Source of the DNA: Amphiscolops sp. MND2022
Taxonomy: Eukaryota
NCBI GenBank assembly: GCA_964187785.1
Contig: OZ076409.1
Location: forward strand, 87,732,001-87,796,000
Reading direction: 5' to 3'
Length of the DNA stretch: 64,000 bases
Each line of letters begins with the position of its first letter. Position 1 is the first letter of the stretch. A program made the translations under genes and the position numbers. This document shows, piece by piece, positions 53,322 to 64,000 of the stretch. Below the pieces are notes generated by a model. That model did no database searches. It was not told where the DNA came from and worked only from the letters and a program-made list of their open reading frames with translations.

Positions 53322-53489
53322 CAGTGGATTCCGCCTAATTCGTACCGCTAGGGACCGAATAAAATAGTACGAATAATGCGAAATTAACCGTATTATTCGA
53401 CTTTGGTCGCCGCAAAACGAGGGTCTCAGATGCATACGAATTAAACGAAGATCCGAATTATCCGGATACGAATTAACCGGAGTTGACTG
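53322..53489. mobile_element. pogo/Tigger-like MITE, 168 bp
   Basis: CAGTGGATTCCGCCTAATTCG versus right reverse complement CAGTCAACTCCGGTTAATTCG; TA on the right flank; internal CGAATTA repeats. Confidence 0.6.
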
Positions 53490-53951
53490 TATATGAATGT
53501 ATAACAATGTATAATTTCACAAGTATAACAATGAATCTTAGAGCGAAAGAAAAAAATGCTACAAATTTCGAATCATTCTATCTCGAAATGCCATAGGCCG
53601 TGACTCGCGAGTGGCTTTTTAAAAAAATATGAGTTTTAGAAATACGAGATCTTTCAAAATAATTAATTTTCGAATGGTGGTTGGGGGAGTCTCATTTTTC
53701 GGAAAATAAACGTTCACTGTCATTTTCCTACAACTATTTAAAACAATTGGATTGCCCACATTTCAATACCACTAATGCCCTTATTGCAGTAGCGAAGCCA
53801 AGCAAAGTGCAAACCCCTTTTGGTTCAGCGTTTTTGACGATGTCCGACCAGTAGGGGCACAAAGCGGAGGAAGAACAAGTCATGCAGCTACTTTTTTTTC
53901 TAGAAAAGTTTTTAAATAATTTTTAGATGGAGTTGGTTTGACTGGTGCACC

Positions 53952-56900
53952 CAGGGATGTGAAATTTTGTATTTAGGTTTATTAAATATACTTATTTGTT
54001 ACTGGCTAACAATTAAATATATTAATAACATTGTCCAAAAATAGGTGAGGAAAAAAATTTATTGTTCGGACAAAGATTTCGTTTGTTTGTACATTTCTTG
54101 TTTTGTAACGATCGGTGACTTTATCAAACTTCCTGAATTGATTTTCTTACATGACTGGTAACTATAGATTATAGGTTTAACTTCCGTATAGGTTTAAAAG
54201 TGAAAAAAGGGACGTTTTCTGTACATTCTAGACAGTTTCTTGCAGATGTTTTTTTTTATTTTTCAGACATTGTCTTGCAAGATTCGTCCAAGAAACTTGC
54301 AAAAAACGTCTTGACCTCTAAGAATCTTACAAGAAACGTCTCAATCTGCCAGAAATGTCTGATCTTCGAGAATCTGACAGGTTTGTCTGAAATGTAAGCT
54401 ACCCTCTCCGTTAACCTACTTTATGGCGCAGTCAGCAGCTTAAAGAACTATCAATAATCAACACCGACGCAAACATGTCCGAACGACCCAGACGAACAAC
54501 GACGACGATGGAGAGAAAAAATACAGAATTCCAACTTTGTCAGATAGAAACACAGACCTGACAAAAATCAATCCCAGAATGTGATGGGAGCGAATATCGG
54601 AAAATATTGACCTCATATATCATAAAAACCTGAAGACCTAATGGACCAGGGTACCGAAACCATGATGCCCATACAGCTTACCATATCAAGGGCGATGTCA
54701 TTTGGGCAATGAGCCCCAAAGCAAAACATGAGAGAATGAGGGGTCAATGTGGCAGAGAGCTGAAAGATGTCAATCTTCCAGAACTACTGAAACTGTTCAA
54801 AAAAACCTTTATACCCGCCCGAAATATATTCCACAGCAGAGTGGTAAGTTGCAACATGAATCAAAAATGAAGAAACGAAACGCCAGAGGGGAACACCTTC
54901 CGGGGGATACTGTCACCAGAAAAACGAAAAGCTGAACAATTGAATATCACCCATGTTATAAAATATACTGAGCCTTTGTTTGTGCGGATAATGACCGAAT
55001 GACCGAAATGCGTTATTTAGAGCCTCAAGGAAAACTTTCCGCGTAACATGAAACTTGAAGTGTAACACTTTAGAGAGCAACAAAAATGAAACGTGATTTG
55101 TCGTCAAAAGCGAAGTACGTCTTCAGAACACAGACATTCTTGTTATTCGCCAAATAATCATTCAAAAAAGCTTTCAATTTTTCAGTACACGAAATTATGG
55201 GTTACACAAAGTTTTTCTCTTGAATAAAGTTTTTACCGCAATTACACTTTCATGAATGTGATAAATCCTCATTTTGAGAAAAATATTGCACGCAAATTTC
55301 TTTCATTTCAACGTTAAACATTAATTTTGTAAGTGCAAAGTGATTTATTTATCAAGTGGTCATGTTAAATATTGGGCGATTTTCATTGGCTAAAATTCAA
55401 GCCAGAGCCTTCCTAAAATTCGCGAATTCAATTTCGAATGATAAAATCAGCGTTTACAAGTGTCGGACAATTCTTTACTGTTTTACGCCAGTGGTCTAGT
55501 TTCATTCTGCAAGGTATTCGATAAGGCAATCAAAATGGTGGATCAAAAAAATCTGCGTCTATTGATATATCATATATGGAAATCAGGTATGACTGTTTCA
55601 CTTTGCCAATAAAATTTGTCTCGGAGTCAATTGTTACAACAAGGATCCAAAAACTCGTGCAATCGACACACTATGAACGCTTAACTGATTTTCGTTTCAA
55701 TTTTTGTTTTCCAACAAATTTCATTAGTTTTCTCTGATGCTTATTGAATTTCAAGCATCATCCCTTCAAGTTATACATGTATAGAATGCTGCCTAGACTC
55801 AGCTGCCTGAAGCCAACTTATATATAGGAAATAAGGAAATATTTGCAATTAATTGCAGAACTTGCAATCAATTAATAGTAATTGCAATTTCTGTGCAATC
55901 AATAAATTGGACCCAATTAAAGGTGATGCAATTTTTTCCCTCCTCCTGCCTTGCTCAATATGAGCAAAATAATTACATAGACTCTGCAACTGAATTTCCA
56001 AAGTTCTTTATGTAAAAATAATCATTTACAAACTTGTCTCATTAGTTCGTCCGTTGACAAAAAACGGCTACCCAGATTTTGTGCCTTTCCAGAAACATGG
56101 TCGTTTACATGAGTGTTTCCCTCATCAGTGCCAAAACATATTGTCATACCATATGTGTCAAAAATATTGTAATACTCACAATTTGATATATTGGCGCTTT
56201 CCAAACCTGCAGTTTGTGGTCATTACCTTTTCAATTCTTTTCTCAAGCTATTGCTAAACTATTTTTGAAAAATTCTTTTCTCTTACAATTTTTGATGTAA
56301 CATAAAGAATCGGGGAGTTCTGCGACCTCCAGATATCTCATTCTAGGAATCTAACCCGTCTCTGCCTATCTTACAACGGTGCTAGATGTCATGGGCAGTT
56401 TGTATTCGCTTTCCATGCGCATGAGCTGAGAGCAGACGCAGCAGACAGAAGAAAATTAGAAAAGAAACTATTTCCAAAATGGACCCACAATAGCAGCAGT
56501 CATACACACCTTTGACGCAGTGTAATTTGTGGCATTTATTAATGAGGGGCTACTTCATGCATTGAATTCTTCAGAAATGAGTTCGATTGGCTAACTACTT
56601 TTCTTCCGAACATGGAGCCCTAGCATTTGAGCTGAGTGGCTAGCATTGCTTTGCTTTTTGTTTTCCGTCCAAATATAATGGGTGAGGAAAATCATAAACT
56701 GTGTTGTGTTCTTCCAATTTCTGCCAAATCTCCACGATCTCCATCCACTTCACTTAGTTATTTGAGTATTTTAGTTACTTCACTATTTTACTAGTAACTA
56801 TATTACTAGTAAATAAAATAGTCAAGTAACTAAAATAGGTATAACTCAGTTGGAGTCATAACTATGACTCAGTTGGTAAAGGCGCAGTAGGCGGAAAAAA

Positions 56901-57060
56901 CCCCGGGGCTCAGCGGGCGTCTTGTTATTAGTTATCTCGTGTAGTTGTTGATTCAGCTCATTCAAAGTTCAGATAACATTTCTATTGCAAAACATTGCAA
57001 GCCTGCAATAAACGATTTATTGCCGTAACTTCGATTGCAAGACAATATTTTCCATCCCTG
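53952..57060. mobile_element. Possible second, old hAT element nested in the insert
   Basis: CAGGGATG..CATCCCTG ends; TTGCAATCAATTAAT array at 55843-55920 like that of the outer hAT; flanking 8-mers do not match. Confidence 0.3.
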
Positions 57061-60000
57061 GTTCTTGCCTAAATTTAGCGGCAGCGCCAAGGAAACAAAA
57101 CTAACGACCGCTTAACTGAGCCTCGGATTTCGAAATTTGAACCATAAGGCAAGTCAAGCCAAGATCCGTTAAACTCTGAAAACAAATGCACAATCGAAAG
57201 AGCCCATGAAATGAGAGCAGAAGATGGACCACGAAGCCATAACTAAATAAAAAAGAGAAGCAGTCGAGGATAGATAGAAGGGAGTCAAATAATCACGACT
57301 CAGCCAGCCAATGAATGCAAAGAAAAAGTCACGATTTTCTTTATTGTATACGTAATTAATAGGAAAGTGAAGTCGGTCGTAGACAACTACAGCAAAATGA
57401 ACGTTGCAGAAGATTCCTCAACGTCATTGGTATCAATAATCTCCTCGTTATCGCACCGTGATCAACTGAATGGTAAAAATCGTGAAAGCAAAAACGAAGC
57501 ATCGAAATCATTTGCAAATTGAATATTACAGATTTATTTGCGTTGCAATGGATGAACGGACTGGAAGAATCATAAGTCATTGCAGGATGTACAGTAGTGA
57601 TGCTAGAAGAAGCAACATAGTACGCGGAAAGAAAGCAAATAAACAAATATCATTGGGTAATCAAGGTCTCACGTGCTCATTTCATTGATCGAGAGCGATT
57701 TCCAGAACATAATTTTTATAGTTTTTTGAATTTTTGACCCACTTACAATTTTTTGGTTTCAAAACAATTTTGACAGAAAAATTCTCCCAAGCATTTCGAA
57801 TCTGACAATATAATCATTATTTCAAATTATAAAATTGTTCAAAATTACCACTTTTGTTATTATCAGAGACATCAGAAAGTAGTTTTGAGTCCTGGAAACT
57901 TTCTGAGTAGAATCAGTTTTGAATTTCCGTGTTAACTGGGGTCGGTTTCTTTCGATAATCCCACATTAAGTGGGTCCTTGAAGATGAGACCTTGAAGATG
58001 AGATATGTGGGTGTTTCTGGGAGTTTCAGTTTTTCTCGGGAATGAAGCTTTTTTTTCTTCTGCATTCAGGACGATCCATTTCACAGACTTTCTGGCTGTT
58101 TTCCTCAAACAAACAAAACACTACTTTTCAAAACTTTCAATACTTTGTTATTCTTCCTAAAAGTTATTCATAATCTTTGAACACTTACAAAACTAGTTTC
58201 AACATCAAACCTCTAAAAGTTTTGAAACTAAATGAATTGAAATGAAAAATATTTTGAACTGAGTGCTAACTGATCATGTCAGTAAGCAAAATTTTTAAAT
58301 TGAAAGATTATGATTTGAATTCTCGTGATTGAATTCAATACTAATCATCATTGAATCAATACCGATGTTTTCCGACAATAACTGAAACATCAAGTGAAAT
58401 TGATCCATTGCAATCTTCACAACAATGTTTATGAAACCATCTTTAATATAGGTAAACCAATGACTCACAAAATGGGTAAAATAGTCAAGTTCATCACTGT
58501 GGTACACTATTTGACTAATTTACACCACGTAATTAGTAAGACGGCGTAATCCAGTCAAAATGCGTAGTGGAAAATCGCGTAATTTAGTCAAAGTGCGTAG
58601 TACTGCATCAGTGCGTAATTCAGTCAATTAGTGTGAATTTATCGACCGGAAAATAGTGTAAACCAATCAATTGGTGAATTTTAGTCATTCAGTGTAACTG
58701 ATTATCACTTGGTGTAATAGGAGAAAAGTGTAAAACTGTATTTATAATAATAACTCACTGTGATTGGTTATTAATGCAAGTCGCAAGATCTGGGAACTTG
58801 CTTGCGGGGATATGTATCATAATGTGGCTCAATTGGGTATGCTCGTCATTAAAGCCGTTTTCTTTTGTCGACGATGTTCTAACGCGTGAATATTCAAAAC
58901 TGGAGCCTATTTCTCACAATTCACTCGAAAAATACATGGAACTCGTTACTAAAAAAGTGGAAAAGCGAAATCAATCTGCGTTACCTGAAAAGTTTGCGCT
59001 TGTGATAGACGGTTGGACAAAAAACTCAACTCATTTTGTGGGTGTATTTGCCAGCTACCCTGCCGCTAACAGCCAAGACTACGATTCCGCACTGTTGTCT
59101 TTCTCGCCCTTATTTTCTGAGTCCAGTTTTACGGCGAACGATCATTATCAATTTCTGGAATGGCTGTTGAGTGTTTTTTGGTAAAACGATGAGTGACCTT
59201 ATTGCAATTATTGGAGATAATGCAGCAGTTAACAAAGCTTTATCCAACTTGTGCGAAAAGCCACTTATCGGGTGTGCATCGCATCGTTTCAATTTGGCTG
59301 TTTCCCTCTTCCTCAGAGACCATGCCGAAATAATCAACAAATTTTCCGATATCATGATCAAACTTCGCACATTAAAATACTGTGGAAAGCTACGACAGAA
59401 AACGGATCTTGGGCCAGTTTTAAAAAATGAAACACGCTGGAGCAGCACGTTCGCCATGTTGAACCGATATATCTATTTGCATCCATTCCTGTTGGAACCA
59501 GAATTTTCGGGCAATCAAGCATTTGCAACCCTCTTGTTGTCACCATCTGATTTTTTGAAAGTGAAAGAACTTGTATCACAGCTTCAATATTTGAACTCGG
59601 TCACTGTTGCCCTTCAAGATTCAGCAATCGACTTAGCAGACGTCCGGGAGTTGTTCGACAAGGTTTTGGATGAGTTTCCTAAAATGGTGACCTACATTGG
59701 AACCAATGCTAAAATCATTCACTTGCCAAAGTTTGAATCAGCTATTGTCAACATCCAAGAGAAAAGACATGATAAACTCGACGAGGAAGAACTTGCTGCC
59801 GTTGAAATGCTGAGAAAAAAGTTATTCCAACGGAAACTGGGTTCGATGAACCAGCTAACTCGGTTGCAGAATTTATGAAACGACGAAAGTTAACAAAAGC
59901 TGGCTGAACATGACAATGGTTACATTGAAACAAGATTTTTATTGCCAACTTCAAACCTGGTCGAGAGGTTTTTCAGCGTTTCTTTCCTTGCATACGACGA

Positions 60001-62414
60001 TTTTGGCCAAAATATGACACCTATGAACTTAGAAATGCAGCTGTTCTTGGAAACAAACAAACGATTTTGGGACGAAGAACTTGTTTCAAAATGCTGTGCA
60101 TAACAACGATTAATTGCAATTAATTGCAATTATTTGATTTATTTTTTCTAAAATTAAATTAATTGATTGCAATCTTTGATAATTGATTGTTTCCCAAAAA
60201 CTAATTTTTGACAACCCCTGGATCATACGCCCGCTTTGATCCACAAGACCCATTTTTGGGACTTGTCAGCATACTGACGCTTTATCTGCCAAAGAATTCA
60301 GTAGTTAAGTAGTTTCTGGCAAAAGTATTGGCAAAAAGAACGCCTTTGAAACTACAGTTTTTCTTTTCCTTCATAAACAGGTAGTTATTAAAATGAATGC
60401 TAGAAATTTTGAACATTAGAAATCGCGTGGGCAGTTTGAAGCTATGTTCTAATGCTTCCGGGCAGCTGTTGTTCTTTGTTATTTGCCCGCTGTTATATGT
60501 CCGCTGCTACGAAAATTTCAGATAGAAATTTTTAAAAGAAAACCGCTATGAAAATTTCTTACGGCAATGGAATTTTTTTCATGGTAAATATTTTTCATCC
60601 ACTACTCAACTTTTTCAATTCAAACAGTTTCGTCATATTTAAAAAGCAAAGATTTTTCAAAACGGCCGAAAGTGATAGCGATGCTCCTACCATACCAGCA
60701 GAAGCTTGTGTGGCTGATTTTTGGTTGAAATCATACTTTTCCACGTTCGCTCTTCCACGTAAAGTGGTACATAAACACACAAGCTTCTGATTACAGCATT
60801 TCGATCCAAACGTCCCATCTTTGGTTACCAAGATTTTGGAAAAAAAATAAAATTACTCAACTAACTGTTCGTTGTTCAATTTATTGTTCGTTCAACTGAG
60901 ATCAATTTCTAAACTTATAGTACCTTAGGCTATAATACCGGCGGACATATAACAAGCATATTAAAATATTACTTAGAACTACCAAACGTTCATCTCACTC
61001 AGGCTAAACGTTTTCGGAACGGTTTCACAGTTTTCAACAAGTTTCACCATAACTTTTTGTGGTACACAATAAAAATCACGTCCTCCAAAACGACTGACAA
61101 TTCAGTTGAATAAATATATTCATGCATATTTTTAACCTTAATGTTTCCATATCTTGGGAAAGGAAGTTAAAACCCTGTTTTTGGTGCAAAACCTTCACAG
61201 TTGTAATGCCTACCTGTGTGCGAGAAATTAGCTTCCTACGATAAATTCTTTTGACGAATAGAGATTACGAACAGACTGGCCGACAAACTTAACAATTTTT
61301 TAAATATCGAAGAATATCAAGATTTGTACGAACAATTTCGGAGATTGGCAGAGACGTTCAGGACAATTTACACCAAGTAGTCCAAAATACTTTGAGCCAT
61401 TTGGTCACCCGTCTTTTCCGGTTTGAACTGAATCATACCCAGCCCTCATTGTGATCTTTTCAGTGCCTATATCTAAGCATGTGGCAACCCGAGTTGAGAC
61501 TGCTGGAATTTTTTACATGATGCAGGCCTGCATCAGGATGAAATTTCATGAAACCTAGAAAATTCCGGCGGTAATCAGAATTACCCTACATTTTCCACTA
61601 CTGCAATTAAATTTGATAATCTTTCACACTTCGTTAACGACATGATCACGTTCTTTTTACACTTCTTTTTGCAACTACTCATCAGATGTAATCTCCGTTT
61701 TTCCAACGGCACGCTGCAGATGACTCTACATTGCAGCTTGTAACGTGACTGAAGGTATTTTGCGGTAACATGGCGGCAACTTTGTAAACGTCTCAGCTGC
61801 ATTTGAAGTTACCTAGAACTGATGCATGATGAAACCTGCCGAAAATTGCAGCTTAACATTGTCGCCAAAACTTTGATGAAACTTTCAAGCAGCTTGATAA
61901 AAGTCGAATAGAACAAGGAACTTTTCGCATGAGAGTTTCTGAAACTTATAAAAACTTATAAAAGTTGCCGTCAACTTTGAAGAACATGTAAAAAGTTCAA
62001 GCAAGTTCAATTGAAAACAGTATAAAGAATTGGACATTATCAGAGTTCAGGTCAGAACATCGTAGCGCTAGTTTGGCTGACAAGGAACAGCAATATAGCA
62101 TTCAATTAGAATTGACCGATTTTGAACTTGAGTCTTCAAACTTTCAGTTTCAGTGCTTTCCCAATTGAGCTTCAGTTTGCTTTTGAAGATAGACAAGATT
62201 CTCTTATCTTTAGCCCAAAGTAATTCGATCAATTGATCCGGAGCAGTCATCGCTTGGCTCATCACTTGATAAAAATACCCGTCCGTTCATCTATACCTAA
62301 ACATAAAAATTTTGCTTCGCTTGCATAATTTGATCAAGTGTTTGTACTTAAAATTCTTGCATATGCTCAAGACTGAATGTGATTTTTACAAGTTCATAGA
62401 ATTTAGATGGCTTA

Positions 62415-62601
62415 CATATTTCTGCAAAAATCTTTAAAGAAAATCTGCCCACTTCTGTAAAGATCTTGCAGATCTGCACACTTCTGTAAAGATCTTGCAG
62501 ATCTGTATGGATCTTCAAGATTCAGTGCAACGATCTTTGCACAACCCTGCAGAAAAAAATCCTGCAGATCTTTACAGATTCGCAAAGATTGAAAACCTGG
62601 G
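62415..62601 (+). repeat. Right-end fragment of the 16117-16960 TIR family with a 29-bp tandem duplication
   Basis: Near-identical to 16804-16960, ends GAAAACCTGGG. Confidence 0.8.
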
Positions 62602-64000
62602 TTCCGCTTAAATAATTCCTACTCTCCTGAAGGTTACATATCTGATTCAACTGGGAGCAAGCGACCTCACTAATTCACAACATCGAAGAATCATCAAAAG
62701 ACAAAGGAATGTGCTGAACATTTATTTGTCAATACACTCACACTGAGACTTGAGGTAATCATTGGTTATCATTGAGAGGAATCAATCATACGGTCAACTT
62801 CACTGACGAAAAGCACTACAAATGAGTCATCATCAATGAATCATGTGAGTCAAATTAAAAGATGAACCTCCAATGAAACATGGTTCGAATGGTCGGTCTT
62901 GTTCTGTCATCATCTAAAAGGAAAGATTCTCAAGATAACTTTGGTTTCTTTCGACTTTGATTTATCTTTCATTTGAGCAAAAGTCCACAGCGGCTCATAT
63001 GTAAGATTTTCTTTAATCTTCTGATAGTTTGATTCTTGTCATTTAAACTCAAAGACAAGAAAAAGGATCCCTTCGATCTGTGTACTTTTGAACTTTGCCT
63101 GTCAGTTATTTGGTATTTCGTAACAAGTAGAATTTAGTCGATACTCTGCCATGTTTAACTTCAGACATCAGCGGTGTTGTCAACTTTCTGTGTTTGAACG
63201 AATCATATCCGATCAACTGTCATTGAGAACTTACCCAACAAAAAAGAACAATCCAAACTGAGCAAATTTTCAATCCAGGGCTCCGTTTGTTCTCTATCAA
63301 CATCCTTTGAAAACCCAACTTTTTGGGCTAAATTTATTTTTGTTATTCTATTGTTGCGTAACTCAGATATATAAAAGCTTTGTTAGCGGACACAAGATAG
63401 TTTTGAATATCAGCTGAAAGTTTCAATAAACTATAGAATCTTCAAATCGTGAGATTTCTTGATTTATTTTCTGCTGAAAACCATAAGTTTCCTGCAAAAT
63501 GAGATATTGCGTCAACTCAAATGGTCAGCTGCTTTCAAATCTTCTTACACGATGTCAATTCTGTCGCAGAGAAATGCCCGATGATTTATTTCTGCTCAAG
63601 CTGAGTGTTTTGACGATAGCACGAGAAGGCTGCCGAAGCTGTTCACCCAAACAAATTGATGTTTTCTCAGCCGAAATACCGTTATCTAGTCCGAGGTCAC
63701 CTCAATTGAAGTCGAAATTCAAGCAGGACTCCGAGAACCAAACGAATGACGTTGAACATGAAAGCATGATGATAAGAGTTCCGAAAGAACCCTTATTGGA
63801 CAACGATTGCTCTCAGTCTCTTGAATTCAATAACGACGTTTTTCCAAATGGAATTTTGCTGGACGTTTTTTCGGCCAAAAAATTGGAACCTGGGGACAAA
63901 ATCTCGCTTTTGGAAGACGGAGAACGTAAACTATACACTGTAACATATCATTTCAAGAAAGTGAAAGTGTTGTCAATGGCATCACGAAACGAGAATGAGC

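Larger units (their letters stand above)
48199..58824. mobile_element. 10,626-bp nested TIR element with 2-bp TG duplication (CMC/EnSpm-like, tentative)
   Basis: Left CATTACGATACATGTCCCGCAA versus right reverse complement CATTATGATACATATCCCCGCAA; TG at 48197-48198 and 58825-58826; shared subterminal motifs (CCAGTCAAAATGCGTAGT, ATCACTTGGTGTAA, CTGATCATG(C/T)CAGTAAGCAAAAT) near both ends. Confidence 0.85.
47957..60103 (+). pseudogene. hAT transposase split into 47957-48198 and 58827-60103 (~505 codons), about three homopolymer frameshifts
   Basis: BED-like WKCQC..TNLANHI; rejoined IYCWLNWVC..PFSFVD; VIDGWT, IGDNA, CASH, TRWSS, PTSNLVERFFS dimerisation motif. Confidence 0.9.
47672..60220 (+). 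mobile_element. hAT DNA transposon (~1.9 kb once the nested insert is removed)
   Basis: TIR CAGGGG(C/T)TGTCAAAAAT at both ends; perfect 8-bp TSD GATCATAC (47664-47671 and 60221-60228); subterminal TTGCAATTAATTG arrays at both ends. Confidence 0.95.

Noticed and set aside
54470..54910. Gag-like relic inside the nested insert
   Set aside because: Coding-like composition but no diagnostic motif
58774..58824. ORF start MQVARSGN as the transposase N-terminus
   Set aside because: It is the right TIR of the nested insert; the true N-terminus is at 47957
62630..64000. Retroelement-like coding relics at the window end
   Set aside because: Too fragmented to assign a family or reliable boundaries

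Overview
AT-rich, repeat-dense eukaryotic (animal-like) genomic DNA with spliceosomal introns; no prokaryotic features. Main contents: (1) a near-complete but inactivated Ty3/Gypsy retrotransposon on the minus strand (gag 7593-9287, -1 frameshift site, pol 2389-7602). Just 186 bp beyond its pol stop, with no LTR in between, ends a convergent four-exon plus-strand gene (<1-2202) whose motif spacing recalls a catalytically dead hAT transposase. (2) A host gene in three phase-compatible coding exons (30912-42865) encoding a ~384-aa single-pass membrane protein with one furin-like Cys-rich module, no kinase and a C-terminal PDZ-type motif. (3) A compact hAT transposon (47672-60220; 17-bp TIRs, 8-bp TSD GATCATAC) whose transposase is split inside a Trp codon by a 10.6-kb TIR element with a 2-bp TSD; that insert carries a decayed Ser/Thr-rich ORF and further nested elements. 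(4) A decayed CR1/L2-type LINE, a Tc1-type transposase relic, other Gypsy relics, MITEs, Helentron/DINE-1-like non-autonomous elements, and two back-to-back near-perfect palindromes in an intron. All family assignments come from reading motifs by eye; no database search was run.
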